DNA from: Ruditapes philippinarum | Lineage: Eukaryota | NCBI RefSeq assembly: GCF_026571515.1 | Contig: NW_026865674.1 | Coordinates: forward strand, 1-64,000 | DNA: 64,000 nucleotides | Direction of reading: 5' to 3' | In this document: piece after piece, positions 35,900-49,537 of the stretch | Layout of the letters: every line of letters begins with the position of its first letter | Position numbering within the stretch: position 1 is the first letter of the stretch | Translations under genes and position numbers: made by a program | Notes under the pieces: model-generated | What the model was told of the DNA's origin: nothing | Databases searched by the model: none | Seen by the model: the letters and a program-made list of their open reading frames with translations, nothing else

Positions 35900-38800
35900 A
35901 CCTAAACTGTATTTTTTCAATTATGGAAATACAGATCGTTACTGTTCAGAAGCCAAATAACAAACATCATTGATAGATTCATATTTACATGTGCCAAGCA
36001 ACTGGCAAATGGATATGATATAATTATAAATACCTTTATAGAAATATTACATGATGGATGATTAAATTGATGTTGGTTAACTGGTCCTAGATGTTTAATT
36101 GGTCATAGATGCGTTTCAATTCAATTTCTTGTCTAACGTCTTATTCAACAAATTGCACTTCGAAAATTCTCACTTCGATTATCAATCAAAATAGGACGGT
36201 TTACATAAAGTTGGAATCTTAAAACAATTTAATGCAGAAGTAGTAAAATTTCGACACACACTCTCGTCGATTGTGTTTAAACTATGCATTAAATGTATGG
36301 TCACCCAAACATTTTAAGTGAACAAAAGACTTAAGGCTGCTGATCTCATTTTTTCCCCGTTATTTTCCCTTAAATTTTAGCTGTTTATTTCATTTATCAT
36401 TTGAATAGTTTACATTGTTTCGAATGGGATATTCAATTTGATCTCAATACTTAACTTTGTAACACTCTTGACATACATTAAGAACAATTACATTTCACAT
36501 ATGTTTGAATTTTATTTAAATGTCTGATGATGTACTTTCTCACTTGTTTCTCTGTAAAGTATACCTGAATGTATGCTGTGTACAAAAAGAACCATTGCCT
36601 GACGTTTTAGCCACACTTAACCACAATTCTAATAAACTTCGTCTTTTTAGCATAGTTTATTCATAGGTTTCGTTCCCTGAACAAAAAGAAAGACGAGAAT
36701 GTATTAATTTTGCGTGCATGTATTTACAAACTTTTTTTATCGTACTTATTATGAACATAATATGCGTTACACCTCAGGGTATATGAATGTAATTTTGAAA
36801 TTTAAAGTAAAATTAATTTCCTTTTTTACGCTCCGAGATGTTGAAAATAAAATGAAATTAAATTACAAAATGAGACGCTGAACGCCATAGGCTACCAGAC
36901 TTTCATATAACCGGAAAATGATATCGTAAATGATGATTATACATCTTGTTTGCTGCCATGTTAATACACGCCCGGCAAAACTCCACAAAACTTTTTAGCA
37001 TTGAAAAAAGGAGAGAACGGCATTTCCAATCTAAGTATAATTTTTTCCTTATAATTCATTTAAGTTTTATTGATATTGTTTTTCAAAAAATGAAAAATGT
37101 GCATCGAGCTTTTTGCTCCACCCATTGCCTTTTCGCTCGATTTCTTTCGAAAATTAGCAATAAACAAGTTTTAGGAAACCACAGGTTTAGTTTACTTTGC
37201 ACGAAAGACAAGTTCTTGTTATAGGGTAGATATTTGGCTAATATACTTTTTTCAATAAATCTAAAGTAAATATTATTTTTATGGTTTGGACGTACAGCTT
37301 TCAAAATACCATTCACTTTGTCAGTGGAAAAATGTGTTCTCGGATTTAATTTGATTCATTTTTGACAACAGCTTAGGTCTTTGAAAAATTTCCAACTGAT
37401 TGAATAAGAAGCAATATTTACAATTAGCCGTTTAAAGCGACCTTCCGCTTTATCTTAGAAATGCCATTGATTTGGCTTATCGCTCATGAATACACCACCA
37501 TTTCGAAGCAAAAGTTGTTTGGGCGTGTTATAAGAAATATAAAATATGTTTAAGATAATAAGAGGTTATCAACTAACTTTTAAGATAAGATTTATTATAA
37601 AGTGTTAATTAAGTGGGTTAAGAGGTAGACACCTTAACAATTGGCAACCGTTTCACTTATACGCGCCTTTGTATAATAAAAGAACAATTGTTTATTCATA
37701 CGGCTTCAAGATATGTCTCGCTAAAATATAAAACAAAACAAAGTACCTTAAATTTGCTATCATAATCATTTTTTAAAGAATTATTACCAAGTGAGGCTAT
37801 CATCTTGAATATTCAAATGTGGGTTCTATGCTCATTTTCCTTACTAAGTGTATTTGTACCACGTTTTGGCCTTTTCATATTTTGTGAGTATTTGAGTATT
37901 TTGTCACAAATCGATGTGACAACGTTAATATAATACATAATTACATAAAATAATTGCTCCGTTTACAAATTTCTAATTAGGAGCTGGTTTTATACACTTA
38001 AGCTAATGTGATTTGTAGCTCCAATTTTTAAAGAACCACTAGATTTATTCAGCAGATTTTGCGGAAATATGCATGTTCCGTTACCCCAAATATAACGTAA
38101 TTTATATTGCTGTTAGATATTCTGGCTCTGGCTAGCATCACGCAGCATAGAACAGTTAAGATAATAAGTTTAGAGTGACCACCAAATTTGTTTTTACGAA
38201 CAATTATAGGTATTATAGGCACCATTTCATATGTAATGCCTCTTGGTTATCATACGGATGTTAAGATCAGTGATAGTCAATACTATATGACTTGAACATC
38301 AATGCTCATCATTAATGATATTGTTATATCATTAACTATATTTGTTTACATTTATGTTATTGTTATATATCATAATTATATTTGTAGCCATTCCATTTAT
38401 CGTTTAGAACAAAACTATAATTGACTACGTAATGTTCAACATATCCATTTACACTTTAACTTTCCTTACACACTCTGAACAGCATGACAAAAAACTTTCA
38501 GTGGGATTATATTCTATACAAGATGTGTCAGAGGTAAAGAACGAAACATCAACAGGCCTTTCAGCAAAATGATGGATTTTGTACAGTGATGAATAGTAAT
38601 ACATTAGTTATACTTGTTTACTGACAATACTTATTTATCGGGAGAAACACGTTAACTATCTTTGAGATGATATCAAACATTTCATTACTTTGTAATATTC
38701 TGTAATATTCTCTCGGGGTATAAAAATGATTTTATCTGATGCTAGTAAAATGTTATTAGAAACTATCTAAATATTCTTTTAGGGTTGGATTTACGTCGAA

Positions 38801-40600
38801 TCAACACAATACAGATCATAAAACGTATTTCTAGCTACATTAATAAAGGATGCCCCTAGCTTAATATACAAATCCAGTTTTTACTATAATAAAATGACGT
38901 TAGGAAATGTTTACCAAAGCAAACTCGAAATTGAAATATCGGCGTAAACAGTTCTATCAAAAATAGGAAAATTTGTTTTGAGTATTAGAAATTATAAATT
39001 ATTCATAACAGATCTGTTATACTAGAAAAATCTCAATTCAAGCTGTCATACAGATGGGGAATTTGATACTGGCAAGTATAATTGGAATTCTGTTCGTTTT
39101 GTGACAGATTATCGTGTCAATGATTTTATAAATTAGAACTAAAATGACGAAGACTTTTTACTTCACAAAAATATATTTGGTGTTTTAAGGTCTCTCACAC
39201 TGTTAATAGAATGGGACAGACGTCAAATAGATCTATTTCAATAATGTACTCAATTCCGCTTGAGAAGCGACTTGAAAATATGGTTAAAATTGCCACTGAA
39301 CAGTTAAATTGGGCGATTTAATGCAGAGTGATTTTTTTATGTAATTAAGCATAACAGTTTACCATGCTATTTGTATAAACACTTGAGTTTGTATATTTCT
39401 CTGATTTAATTTTCTTAACAATCACGATGTACTTATGCATCCTGGAAAAAATAATATTATAAACCATCTCAAATCTTCTTATCTTTAATATCAAATTGTA
39501 CAGGAAATTTAACATGAAATAAAGTGTCTTCAATGAAAGACTAGATAGTAAAACATTTAGATTCATTTTTCAGAGATGACTCACAACTAACTATATCTAA
39601 ATTGTTGTCTTTTACTTCAATTCAGTAAAATAACCTTGGGCAATTTATGACAAACAACGATCTTATGAAGAGAAAAAAGTGATGAGGTTAATGAAACATA
39701 CCTCAAGTCAGGTCACTGTGGTATCAGGAAATGTTATCTTAATGAAATGAATATAATATCACTGAAAATTGCATGTTTTGAATGTACTGAGTTTATAAAT
39801 AATTGTTTACTTGACTTTATAATCAGAATACATGTACCTTTAGATTCATGCTAATTTTATGAATAGCTAATAAATGTTCAAAATAAAATAAAAAACATAC
39901 AAGATCATTTGAATTAAATCTTTCCGACATAATTTTAATGTCATTCCTTCGAATGACTTTGCTCTTTGAAATACACTATAGAGTAGTCATTACACAATAA
40001 TAAGTGGAATATAATGCAGTCTTCGTTGATTTTTTACTCGTTTCAATTTTGTTATTATTATAATAATAAAGTAATAGAGTGCTACATGTAAAGCAAAAAA
40101 AAAAAGTTAGGTTTTACGAAATGGGTTAAAGTATTTAAATTCTTAGTAAATTATCAGAATTTATTTTAATTATTTTAATGAAAAGATCTATGTAACAAAA
40201 ATATGCGTATGTCTTCCTGACACCTGAGAATGTTCTTGTCCTAAAATAATTAGTAAAAACGTAAGGGCGCTGTTACAGCATACAACCCCTGAAATGGATC
40301 CATCCACACAGACACTATTTCTTATCACAAAAAATAAATATTGTTTAACTCTTGGCACAACATTGATGGTCTGTGTTATAAGACATCTTTATTTCCAAAG
40401 GATATCAAGTTAATAGGCAATAAGGAAAATATAAACACGTATTTATCAAAACAATTTGTCTACCGTATTGTACAGACATATCAATAATGTTTTGAGTAAG
40501 CAGGGAATATTCATTTGGCAGATTAAATACTCATTTAACACTTTAAGTGAAATTAAATTAAATTTTCCATTGCGTAAACAGACACATATGGATTTCAGAT
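35900..40600 (+). repeat. Segmental duplication block C
   Basis: Reverse complement of ~57800-62380; closest over 38450-40490, more diverged toward 35900. Confidence 0.9.
36967..37527. mobile_element. Probable old TA-type MITE
   Basis: Degenerate TIRs CACGCCCGGCAAAACT / CACGCCCAAACAACT; no counterpart seen in the inverted paralog. Confidence 0.4.
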
Positions 40601-42814
40601 GAAGAAAAAACACATTATGCTTTCCAACACCAAACATGTATACGAAATGAACCCTACACTACGACTAAATGAATTTAGAGATCGTTTTGAAATTTGACTT
40701 CTAGTACAGGAATGAGTACTGTTTTGAGGCAAGCTCCGAGAATTGTTTGGAAATATTTTGATGATCGCAATTGCTTAGTTAACATGTTGTATTGGTGTAA
40801 TTCTGATGGTTAAAATTATACAAAAATGAAGTAATACATCGCGATTTTGTTTTGCGGTATTGATAAGCATCATTTCAAAGCAATTTTTGAACTTGCCCTC
40901 ATGTGCGAGTCATTTTCTAATTTAAAAGACAGATAATCATTTGAACAGAATTTATATTAGAAACGGCTTGCCGGCTGTGTAATTTATTATTATCAGAATT
41001 GCAAATATTTTCATGTACTTGTCTTTCAAAATATAAAACAGTATAAACAGTATGAAGTTATCAAACATAAACTTACTTGCATCACCTTTAAAAACAATTT
41101 GATAACAATATTAATGATAAAGAAACAAGAAACACTAGAGGCAAACACTTAACATTTTCCTGTCAATGGAGACAAGTATGTCCTTTATCACGTGCAAAAT
41201 ACCACATCAATGCCATTCTTAATGTTATAGTATTTTTTTCCAAAGTGATAAAGTAACAGATTTTTATATGCTTTGTAGAAACTCAAAGCGGCACTCTTTA
41301 AGTATGTGTATGTCACAGAAAAAATACTAACAATTTATTTCAAATATGTTTGTATCTGATTCTTCCAATATAATTAACCATAATTGCATATATAGGGTAC
41401 ATAAAAAGGAAGACAAACATGTTCATGCCTGGTATGTTGAAGTGATCACATATGGTACAATTGCTTCCAATTCGCAAGTCATCAACATTATTTTATTGTT
41501 TCCATTGTCTTTGATTGCTGTTAAGGCTTTGGGCAGCCAGGAAACTAATAGAGCATTCAAAGAGGATTTTTATTCAATGGCAATTAATTGGCACAATCAA
41601 AACAGAATTGTCACCTCTCTTTGTAAATAAAAGTCATGACCATTGAATACGCTATGACTTATAAAATCTAATTTTGAAAGTAACATAATATAACATATTA
41701 AAGGTGTAGGGAAAACATAAAAGATGGCAATAAGTAATTTTTTTTAACACAATCTTGAACATATTGCAGATTCTGGTCTTGAGTCTTTCAAAAAGAGGAA
41801 GAATACACATAATGTCTCTTGCCCATAGCACTAGTTCAAGCGGTATTCAATCATCAACACTTAATAAAATGATTGGAATCAAATATGCATCAACACGCTG
41901 ATACAATATTGTCAATCAAACTATTTTTAGATTTTGGTTAACAGATGTGCATGTCCTGTTGGCAAACGAATTGCCGGTTTTATGTCTTATATGCATTTTT
42001 CTTAAGTTGAGAGTTAAAGTTAGACGCTCAATGTCTGTGTCAATTTATTTTCAGTAAAAGCTTATCCTACCAAAGAAGTACTGATACTTATTACTTCAAA
42101 CCTAATTTCATTTGGTTACTTAAACGATAGATGATACTTTATCTACTGGCTAACTACAATAAAACAGACTAGTGGCTTTTAGAAAAAAGTAGAATTTAAA
42201 TGATTTTCTTTTCATAGGAAATAACTCAATTAATTACATACTGATACTTTTAAGATTTGTATATTTGTCTAAAAAATAAAAGAAGTTATGACTGTTTGGT
42301 TCAATATTTCGATGGCTGAATTGAAAAAGTTCCGAAATTTTTTTTTCTAAACACTTCGTTGAAGTAATAACATTTCACATTTGCTAATTGAGAAAATAAA
42401 CCCGGAATGTGTATGTATCACAAAACGGTAAACGTTTAAGTTTTAATAATAATAATCCTTTAAGCGATAAAACACAATATTTCGAAATTGATAAACTTAT
42501 TTATTAATAGAGACTGCTCACTTAATTTCCTTAAATTGGCCACACTTAAAATATACGGGAATGTCTCTCACAAACAAATTATGTAAGGAATACAGTTCTA
42601 TTTACTTATCCCTATGAGATTTGAAAAAAAAGATGTTTTCCAAAAAAGAAAAGAAAGGAATGACCTAAATTAACTGTTATAAGAGACAGTGTAAAATAGT
42701 TGTCTGGCATTTCGGGAAAATATTATGTGTAAGTCTAACATTTTCTTTCGTAAAACGTGAATGAGTGTAATCCAAATTATATTAAAATCATTTAATTTAA
42801 TATTATACACCCGA

Positions 42815-45800
42815 ATCCCAGCATGTAATAGCAGCATTATAACAGAACTGTTGAACTTTACTCCCATATCATTATTTCAATCTTTTGCCACAATTTGTAA
42901 ATTGAGACAAAACTAATGATGTTGCTGTAATGACAAATGATTTAATTATTACTTATGGAACAAAGATATGATTATGTAAATATATTTAATCGTTTTTGAG
43001 ATCCAATTCTAAAAATATTTAAAAGAAATGAATGTTTAAAAGGTAAAGCTATTACTGTCTCATATAGATCATTTTTGTCTATAAGACTTATACCAATTAC
43101 ACACGATATAGAAAACATTTTTATTCAAGCTCTTTCACATTTGTTAAGCTGTCAAGGGCCAGAATTTAAATGAACACTTCAATCCCAAACGGGATATAGT
43201 GAAAATGACATTTACATGAACTGACTATAAACGAATCAATAGGAATATTGTAACAAGGTGATCTATGTCTTGATTGACTTAGACTCTACAATTAAGAAAC
43301 TGATAGGTAACATCTGTTAAAATGCAAGTTAGATGCCAGTATGCATAAACATTATTTACCTAATAATATAATGTAACAATTGGAAATTACTTTTTTCTTT
43401 AACTCCGAATCAATTTAGCGTGAATATGTTGTGATGTCTTTCAATCTGCAGCATTTGCACAACTGTCTGTGTTTTCCTATACCTTCATATTTGTATGTCC
43501 TCAACGTTTGTGTCGTATTATTCTGAACCTTACCACTTTACAATTGGTATGGACAAATAACATTGTTTAATGGCATCAAAGAAGCATGACTAAAATGAAT
43601 CGTTTGTTTATGCAGATGTTACGTATCCAAATAGGATATTGATATTCATTCAAATGCATGGAAACAATAAATTTCCTGTTGTTGCTTTCTACGCACAGCT
43701 TTTATTTACTTCCAGACATTGTGATTAACAAAGGTGATACCATGTGATCAGAATATAATCTTGTTGCAAAATAATTGAATTAATGATATCAGCGTTGTAT
43801 TAAGAACACTTTAATAATGGATAGTTTTAGTTTTGTTTAGTTATGAGCCTTTTCCTTTACTAAATATAAGAATACATTTTAATGTTTTATCTAAAAGAAT
43901 ATTTTTATTTGTATTTTGTGGCCAAGTAAATGCAGCATAACAAAAATGAAATTGCAACGTTCTTTTCGTTTAATTGAATGGTTTCTATTTTCAATATGTG
44001 AATTATTTTTATCACTAAAAAGTCAATTTAAGGGTATTGTATAAAATATTTATATAAACTGTGTTAAGATAATTTGAACTCTTTATATGAGAAATTGAAA
44101 AATTACTAATACACTTAGTAAATCCTTATTCAAACAACTGTCCGTTAGATCAAGATAAGATTATGCTTATCTTCACCAATAATGAAATAAATTTAATTGT
44201 CAACTTAATAAGTGAAATACCTTCAAGGCTAATATGAGACTATGCTTTGTTAATTACTATCCGTCACAATATGTATGTCCTCCCTCTACTGCTTATTGAT
44301 TTTCAGAATCTTGCGACAAATTTATTGCGTCCTTTTTGATCACGTAATATACGACACTTACAAGACGAAGTTTCAATAAACTGTATATTATTTTATTTTC
44401 TCCACACAGTCTGAGGAGGCGAAATACGTTTAATTGTTACCGTTGAGCAATTGCAAGGTTTTTGAACCCCTTTTGTAAATAGACTTAAGATTCTTTGACA
44501 TGATGTACAATCAAACTTGACTTGTTTTTTGTTTATCTTGCTTTTACAGTCATGTTCATGTTAAGAACTTTGTTTATCTTGCTTTTTACAGTCATGTTCA
44601 TGTTAAGAACTTTGAAATGATTCATATTTATAGGAAAAGATCGGAATGAAATTTCGAACATCGTAACTCAATTTCCCTGTTCAATTTGTAATTGCTGTAA
44701 AATACTGTACAATTGTATTAATAGAAATGGATGTGTTGTCAGATGGCAATTTCGAAAACTTAAATGAAATTGTCCGTTATACGAACTTTATGTTGTATCT
44801 TAGCCGACAATGCCTCGATATTATTCTTGTTGAATGAAAAACTTGAAGAAGACGTAAACTATGGGTACGTATATTTTTATCACCTATCAAAAATATAAGC
44901 GGGTATAGACATGTTGTAAAGATGTCTTTTGATTACGTTTATAGTGTACATTCGAGTAAATCATATTAAATACCGTCTTGTTTGCAAAAGTTATTTTTGC
45001 TATTGTTCCAAACTATTTTTTTAAGTTTCTATAAAGACAGCATTTAGACACATTTGTTTAAACGCTTTCACGAATCCATGCGTTTATTATGATCTTGACT
45101 ATACCTCAATGTTTAGCATTGAAATGATAATGCTTTATCTTATTTAGTTCTTGTATTTATTTCTTAAAATGAGAACTGAAAATCATGTTAGCTGTAATGT
45201 ACAAAAAAGTGTTCGTGTTTTACAGTTTCTAACGACCTTTTTTCTATCATGTTTGTTACAAATCTGATCTAATTTTCAACGGATAATTCACTTCATTAGC
45301 AAAATAGAAGTGTCGTTCATATTATAAAAAGGCGAAGAAAACCAATGTCGTAAGAGGCGACTAAATAAGTCCAAATTTCTCAAGTCTATGCATATTTTAG
45401 CTCCAGCAGGTGAGGTGTGTGTGTTACTATCAGTTTTGAACCACCGGGCTTAGCAGAAATCATCTGTCCTGTTTCGGCGCCATATGATCAAAATTGTGTT
45501 GGTGCGCCTTTAAATGAAACAAACATCAGATGAATGAACAAATGTTACCCTGCTAAGTGCTTAATTCTTACACAATCTTCGATATTGGACTAAGAGTACA
45601 TTATGTACACGTCCGTTCTACAGACATACTTTACAGTCACTGTAGAAAAAAAGGAAATAACTGACATTTATTAAACACATCGTGCAAAATTGTTAGAACT
45701 TACATAAAGAATAGACCGCATTTTCTTTTATAACTTTTCAATTTTTTAACACAGCTTGAAATAGAAAGAAAGTCGTAAATAATGTATGTTTCTATCATTA

Positions 45801-47950
45801 ACAATACTAAAGTAACTAAAATAAACAAATAAAAGATAATTTTGATTTTAATATCGTTTACTTTCCACATTCTCAGAAGAGTTGTTTTCCTTATTATTTC
45901 GACATTCTCGTTACATAGTGTCAAAGGTCGTGATGACAAATTATCTTCAAATATTGTTCATTCAATGTCAAATTATTATAAAAAAAAATATTATTAAGTA
46001 AAAATAAAAATTAAATAATTTTTTACTGAAGTAATTCACATGCTTATAGCATGTACTAGACGGATATGTTTAACATTGAATCAGACAGTAGCAAAATAAA
46101 TTGGCATTGAATCGGCGTGCTACCTAATGATGTTACATACGTGACAAGTCATCTAAACTTTAAAATATATACATAAGTATGCTACTCTGATTGATTGAAT
46201 TGTCCGATGTCACTGAATATAATTGTATTTTCACGATGAAGCTTGAAATGAATAATAAAGTGGACACATTCATGACAAAAACTGCTTATTCAGTGCAAAG
46301 GGTATAATACGATAGATGCGAGAAATGTTTTTTTTAATTCCATATGTGTACTTTGCAACATTTCTTGTAACAAACGTTATAAATAAAGTGCAATATTTAT
46401 TCTATTGTTATTTACCTAAGTAAAGAATTTAAAAGAACTTTCTTTAAACATATGTATACATTGATTTTTGTTAGTACTAAAATTTATAGTTAAATCTCCT
46501 ACGGTTATTTTGTATGTGTCAAAGATTCAAGGATAAAGAAAAAACAACCTCAACGGTGCTTTCAGCAAACTGATGGATTTTGTACAGTGATTAATAGTAT
46601 TACATTAGTTATACTTGTTATACTGACAATACTCATTAGTCCTGAGAAAATTTTTCGTTTCTTCTGAGAAAAACATTCCTTATCTTTTAGATGGTATCAA
46701 AATACATTATTTTGTTTTGAGTACTTATTCCCATAGGGTTCAACGTGGTTTCATTCCGGGTTATGGTATACTTCTAAAATAAAAAAAACAACAAAAACAA
46801 AACAAAAAGAAACAAACAAAATAAATGGATACATTTTTGAATACGTTAAACATTGTTGTTGTTAGTTAAGACTAATCAAAACTGAGTGTAATATTTAAAA
46901 TAGTGTATACAATGAATATATGGGCAGTCCTCAACTATATTAAGCTAAATTGTACACTTCTAAAGGTTTTATGGATAGATAATTACTGTCAAAGTAACAA
47001 CTTTGAGCCTACTTTTAGTAATTTGATAAAGAAATCTCTCCTTTTTTGTGTGTTCCTAAAATAAAACTTTTTGGCAAAGATTGAGAATCAAAGACCATAC
47101 TCGTATAAATCGATGTAAGAAAATATGGTTCTGATAAAAAACTAACTCAAGTGTTAACTACGGTACACTATGTATTTAAATTAATCTTATTTGTGATTGC
47201 GTTTCCCTTTACTGACAAAACATTCTGTTTTTTATTGCATTTTCTCATTACGCACGCAAAAAAACCCTTAATCAAATTTTTCATGGAATGAAATCCCATT
47301 ACTTTTTTTCCAAATTTCTTTGGGAGATTTCAGTGCTTATAGTGACAAATTTGCCCCATACTTTTGTTGTATGTGTGTGTAGGGGGATATAACCTCCATT
47401 GTTTTTAAGTTTTAAAGATTGCATACTATAAAATAAATGTAAAATATGCTCTCTACAAAAGTAAACTCAGAATCGACTGTATCTCATTCTTGATGAGCTC
47501 AGAACTATTTATTTCTTAAGGCCCTGACACACTAGACTTCGCTTTCCCTTCATTTGCACGGCATTGTTGAATTTAACAAAGCGCCAGGAGATCGCAATAA
47601 AAATGTGATATTTTTGATGACATGGTGACTTCACGACGTCGTCCAACGTCCTAACGGCGATTACACGCATCTTCCACGGCGTTTAAATTGGCGATTATCT
47701 GCGTTCGGATAGCGCTTCAACTGTGTTCTCTGCGCTTTCACTGCGCTTTCGCAGCGCTCACTCTGCGATGAAATCGTAAAGCTCCGTAAAAGCGCCGTGC
47801 ACACGCAGTATAAACGCGGTAGAGACGCCCCGCAATCTCCGTACAAACGCCGTGGAGTCAATTCGGCGTTTTTTTGCGCTTTCGCGGCGCTCCTGTTTTG
47901 TTAAAGATGATGCTTCTGATTTGCTACGGCGTCCTTACTGCGATACCTTT
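42815..47950 (+). repeat. Segmental duplication copy A2
   Basis: Matches A1 directly and B1/B2 inverted; lacks the ~870 bp at A1 ~19965-20835; has a private ~42-bp tandem duplication at ~44528-44612. Confidence 0.92.
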
Positions 47951-48139
47951 GCGCTCATATCAGAACGCAGAGTGACGGCGTTTGTTTAAGCATGCTCAAA
48001 ATGCGCGCCTTCGGTCGACGTTCTATGCGATGCCACTACGATGCTGCGGCGATGTTTGCGATCTTACTGCGCTCACCTCGGCGTGAAAGTGAATTAACTT
48101 TGGGTGCCGTGAGAACGCCACCCTAGTGTGACAGGGGTT
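47519..48139 (+). mobile_element. Complete GC/CpG-rich Harbinger/Tourist-like MITE
   Basis: TIRs AGGCCCTGACACACTAG / AACCCCTGTCACACTAG; TTA on both flanks. Confidence 0.82.
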
Positions 48140-49314
48140 TTACAGGTAACAGTAGTAATGATCAATCGGATTGCAAACGAAGTTATAAAATGGGTGTTAG
48201 ACGAAGTAGTATGGCAATTAAACCGAAATTTACAAGTACTAAAAAGGACCATACGCAAAATGGTCAGATCAACGGAAGGTACGGCTTGACACGGCATTAC
48301 AACTAACAGTAGTGAAATATACTAAAGGGCGATAAAATGAAAATTCAATCATCCTTATATAAAATGCGTAATTGCATAACCATTTTATGAATACATATTC
48401 AATTGTTTATAACTAGAAAAAAGTACTGTCCTGGGCTGGGGTGATTATATTTGGACTTATCAGTACTTGGTAAAGTCCATTAATAGGATGGGCATTAACT
48501 GTAATCTATTATAGTAAAGTTACAATTTTGTGATCGCTTGGGCTCTGTTTAGAGCATTGATTCTCAGAGAAACTGTCCCCTATCACATAATATTTAGATA
48601 ATTAACATTTCACGAAATTTACTTGGTACCGTGATATAACATTCTTATTTGGACGAATTTTTTTTTAAAAATGTAACCAATGAGCATGATAAATGATGTA
48701 ATGATGTAAAAACGATATGTCAGACTTCATACAGGGTTGGTCCATACAAGTTCGATAGATTTATATCACTTTTTATCACTAGTCTAGCAAAATTATGACA
48801 GAAAGGTCAAATTATTGCCATCTAAAGGTGCGACGTTTTGTCCCTAGCCAAAAGACGATAAAAGCTAAATTCATTTAACTTCTCATTTTCCACAATTCAC
48901 TTACTATATGAAATAATATTTTTAAAGCAGCACACCTCCAGATTCATGTAAATTTTCTTGAAAATTTGAAAAAATGTTGTTAACAGTATATCTTTGCAAA
49001 GTTAACAGTATATCATTGTAAAGTTAACAAAGGAATGCAATTTACATATTATCAATGGCACTTACGAGGGCGAATCAAAAAGTTCGTGGAATTTATTTTA
49101 TAATTTCTGTATTTGACGTCCGATCTTCACGACACTTCAGATGCTTATATATAAATACATTTTGAATTGGTAAAGTACTACAAAGATATCAAAATATGCA
49201 AAAATAGCCCTTGCTGCGTTAGTAAGCAGTAGAAATAAAGTTATACATACTGAAAAATTCAGTCATTAATCGCACATAACATGAAAATTTTTACTAGAAT
49301 GTTTAATCTTTAAT

Positions 49315-49537
49315 ACCGCCTCCGTGGTCGAGGGGTAAGAGTCGATGACTTCTAATCCAGTTACCTCTCTGGCGTGGGTTTGATCCCCGGGAGATACTTT
49401 GGTAGTTTAGCGCGGAGGAAGGTAGTCTAGTACTCTGGTGTAACTCTCCAGGAACGATGATAAGGAAACTACCCGCCTATATGACTGAAATACTGTTGGG
49501 AAAAGGCGTAAAATGAAACAAACAAAAAAACAAACTA
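49315..49537 (+). mobile_element. Full-length SINE family 1
   Basis: Same body as 15714; TSD GTTTAATCTTTA (49301-49312, 49538-49549). Confidence 0.93.

Noticed and set aside
39345-39566. Paralogous ORF pairs (39345/58930, 19859/25094, 22633/47661) as a gene family
   Set aside because: Similarity follows from DNA duplication; starts, stops and frames are not preserved and there are no domains.
44405-44460. Hammerhead core CTGAGGA-GGC-GAAA, or a ~48-nt exon after a strong acceptor
   Set aside because: No stem II. Core and reading frame are not conserved in paralogs at ~18500 and ~32950.
49065-49100. Second mariner element (TACGAGGGCGAATCAAAAAGTT)
   Set aside because: Only one TIR-like end; no partner TIR or transposase found.
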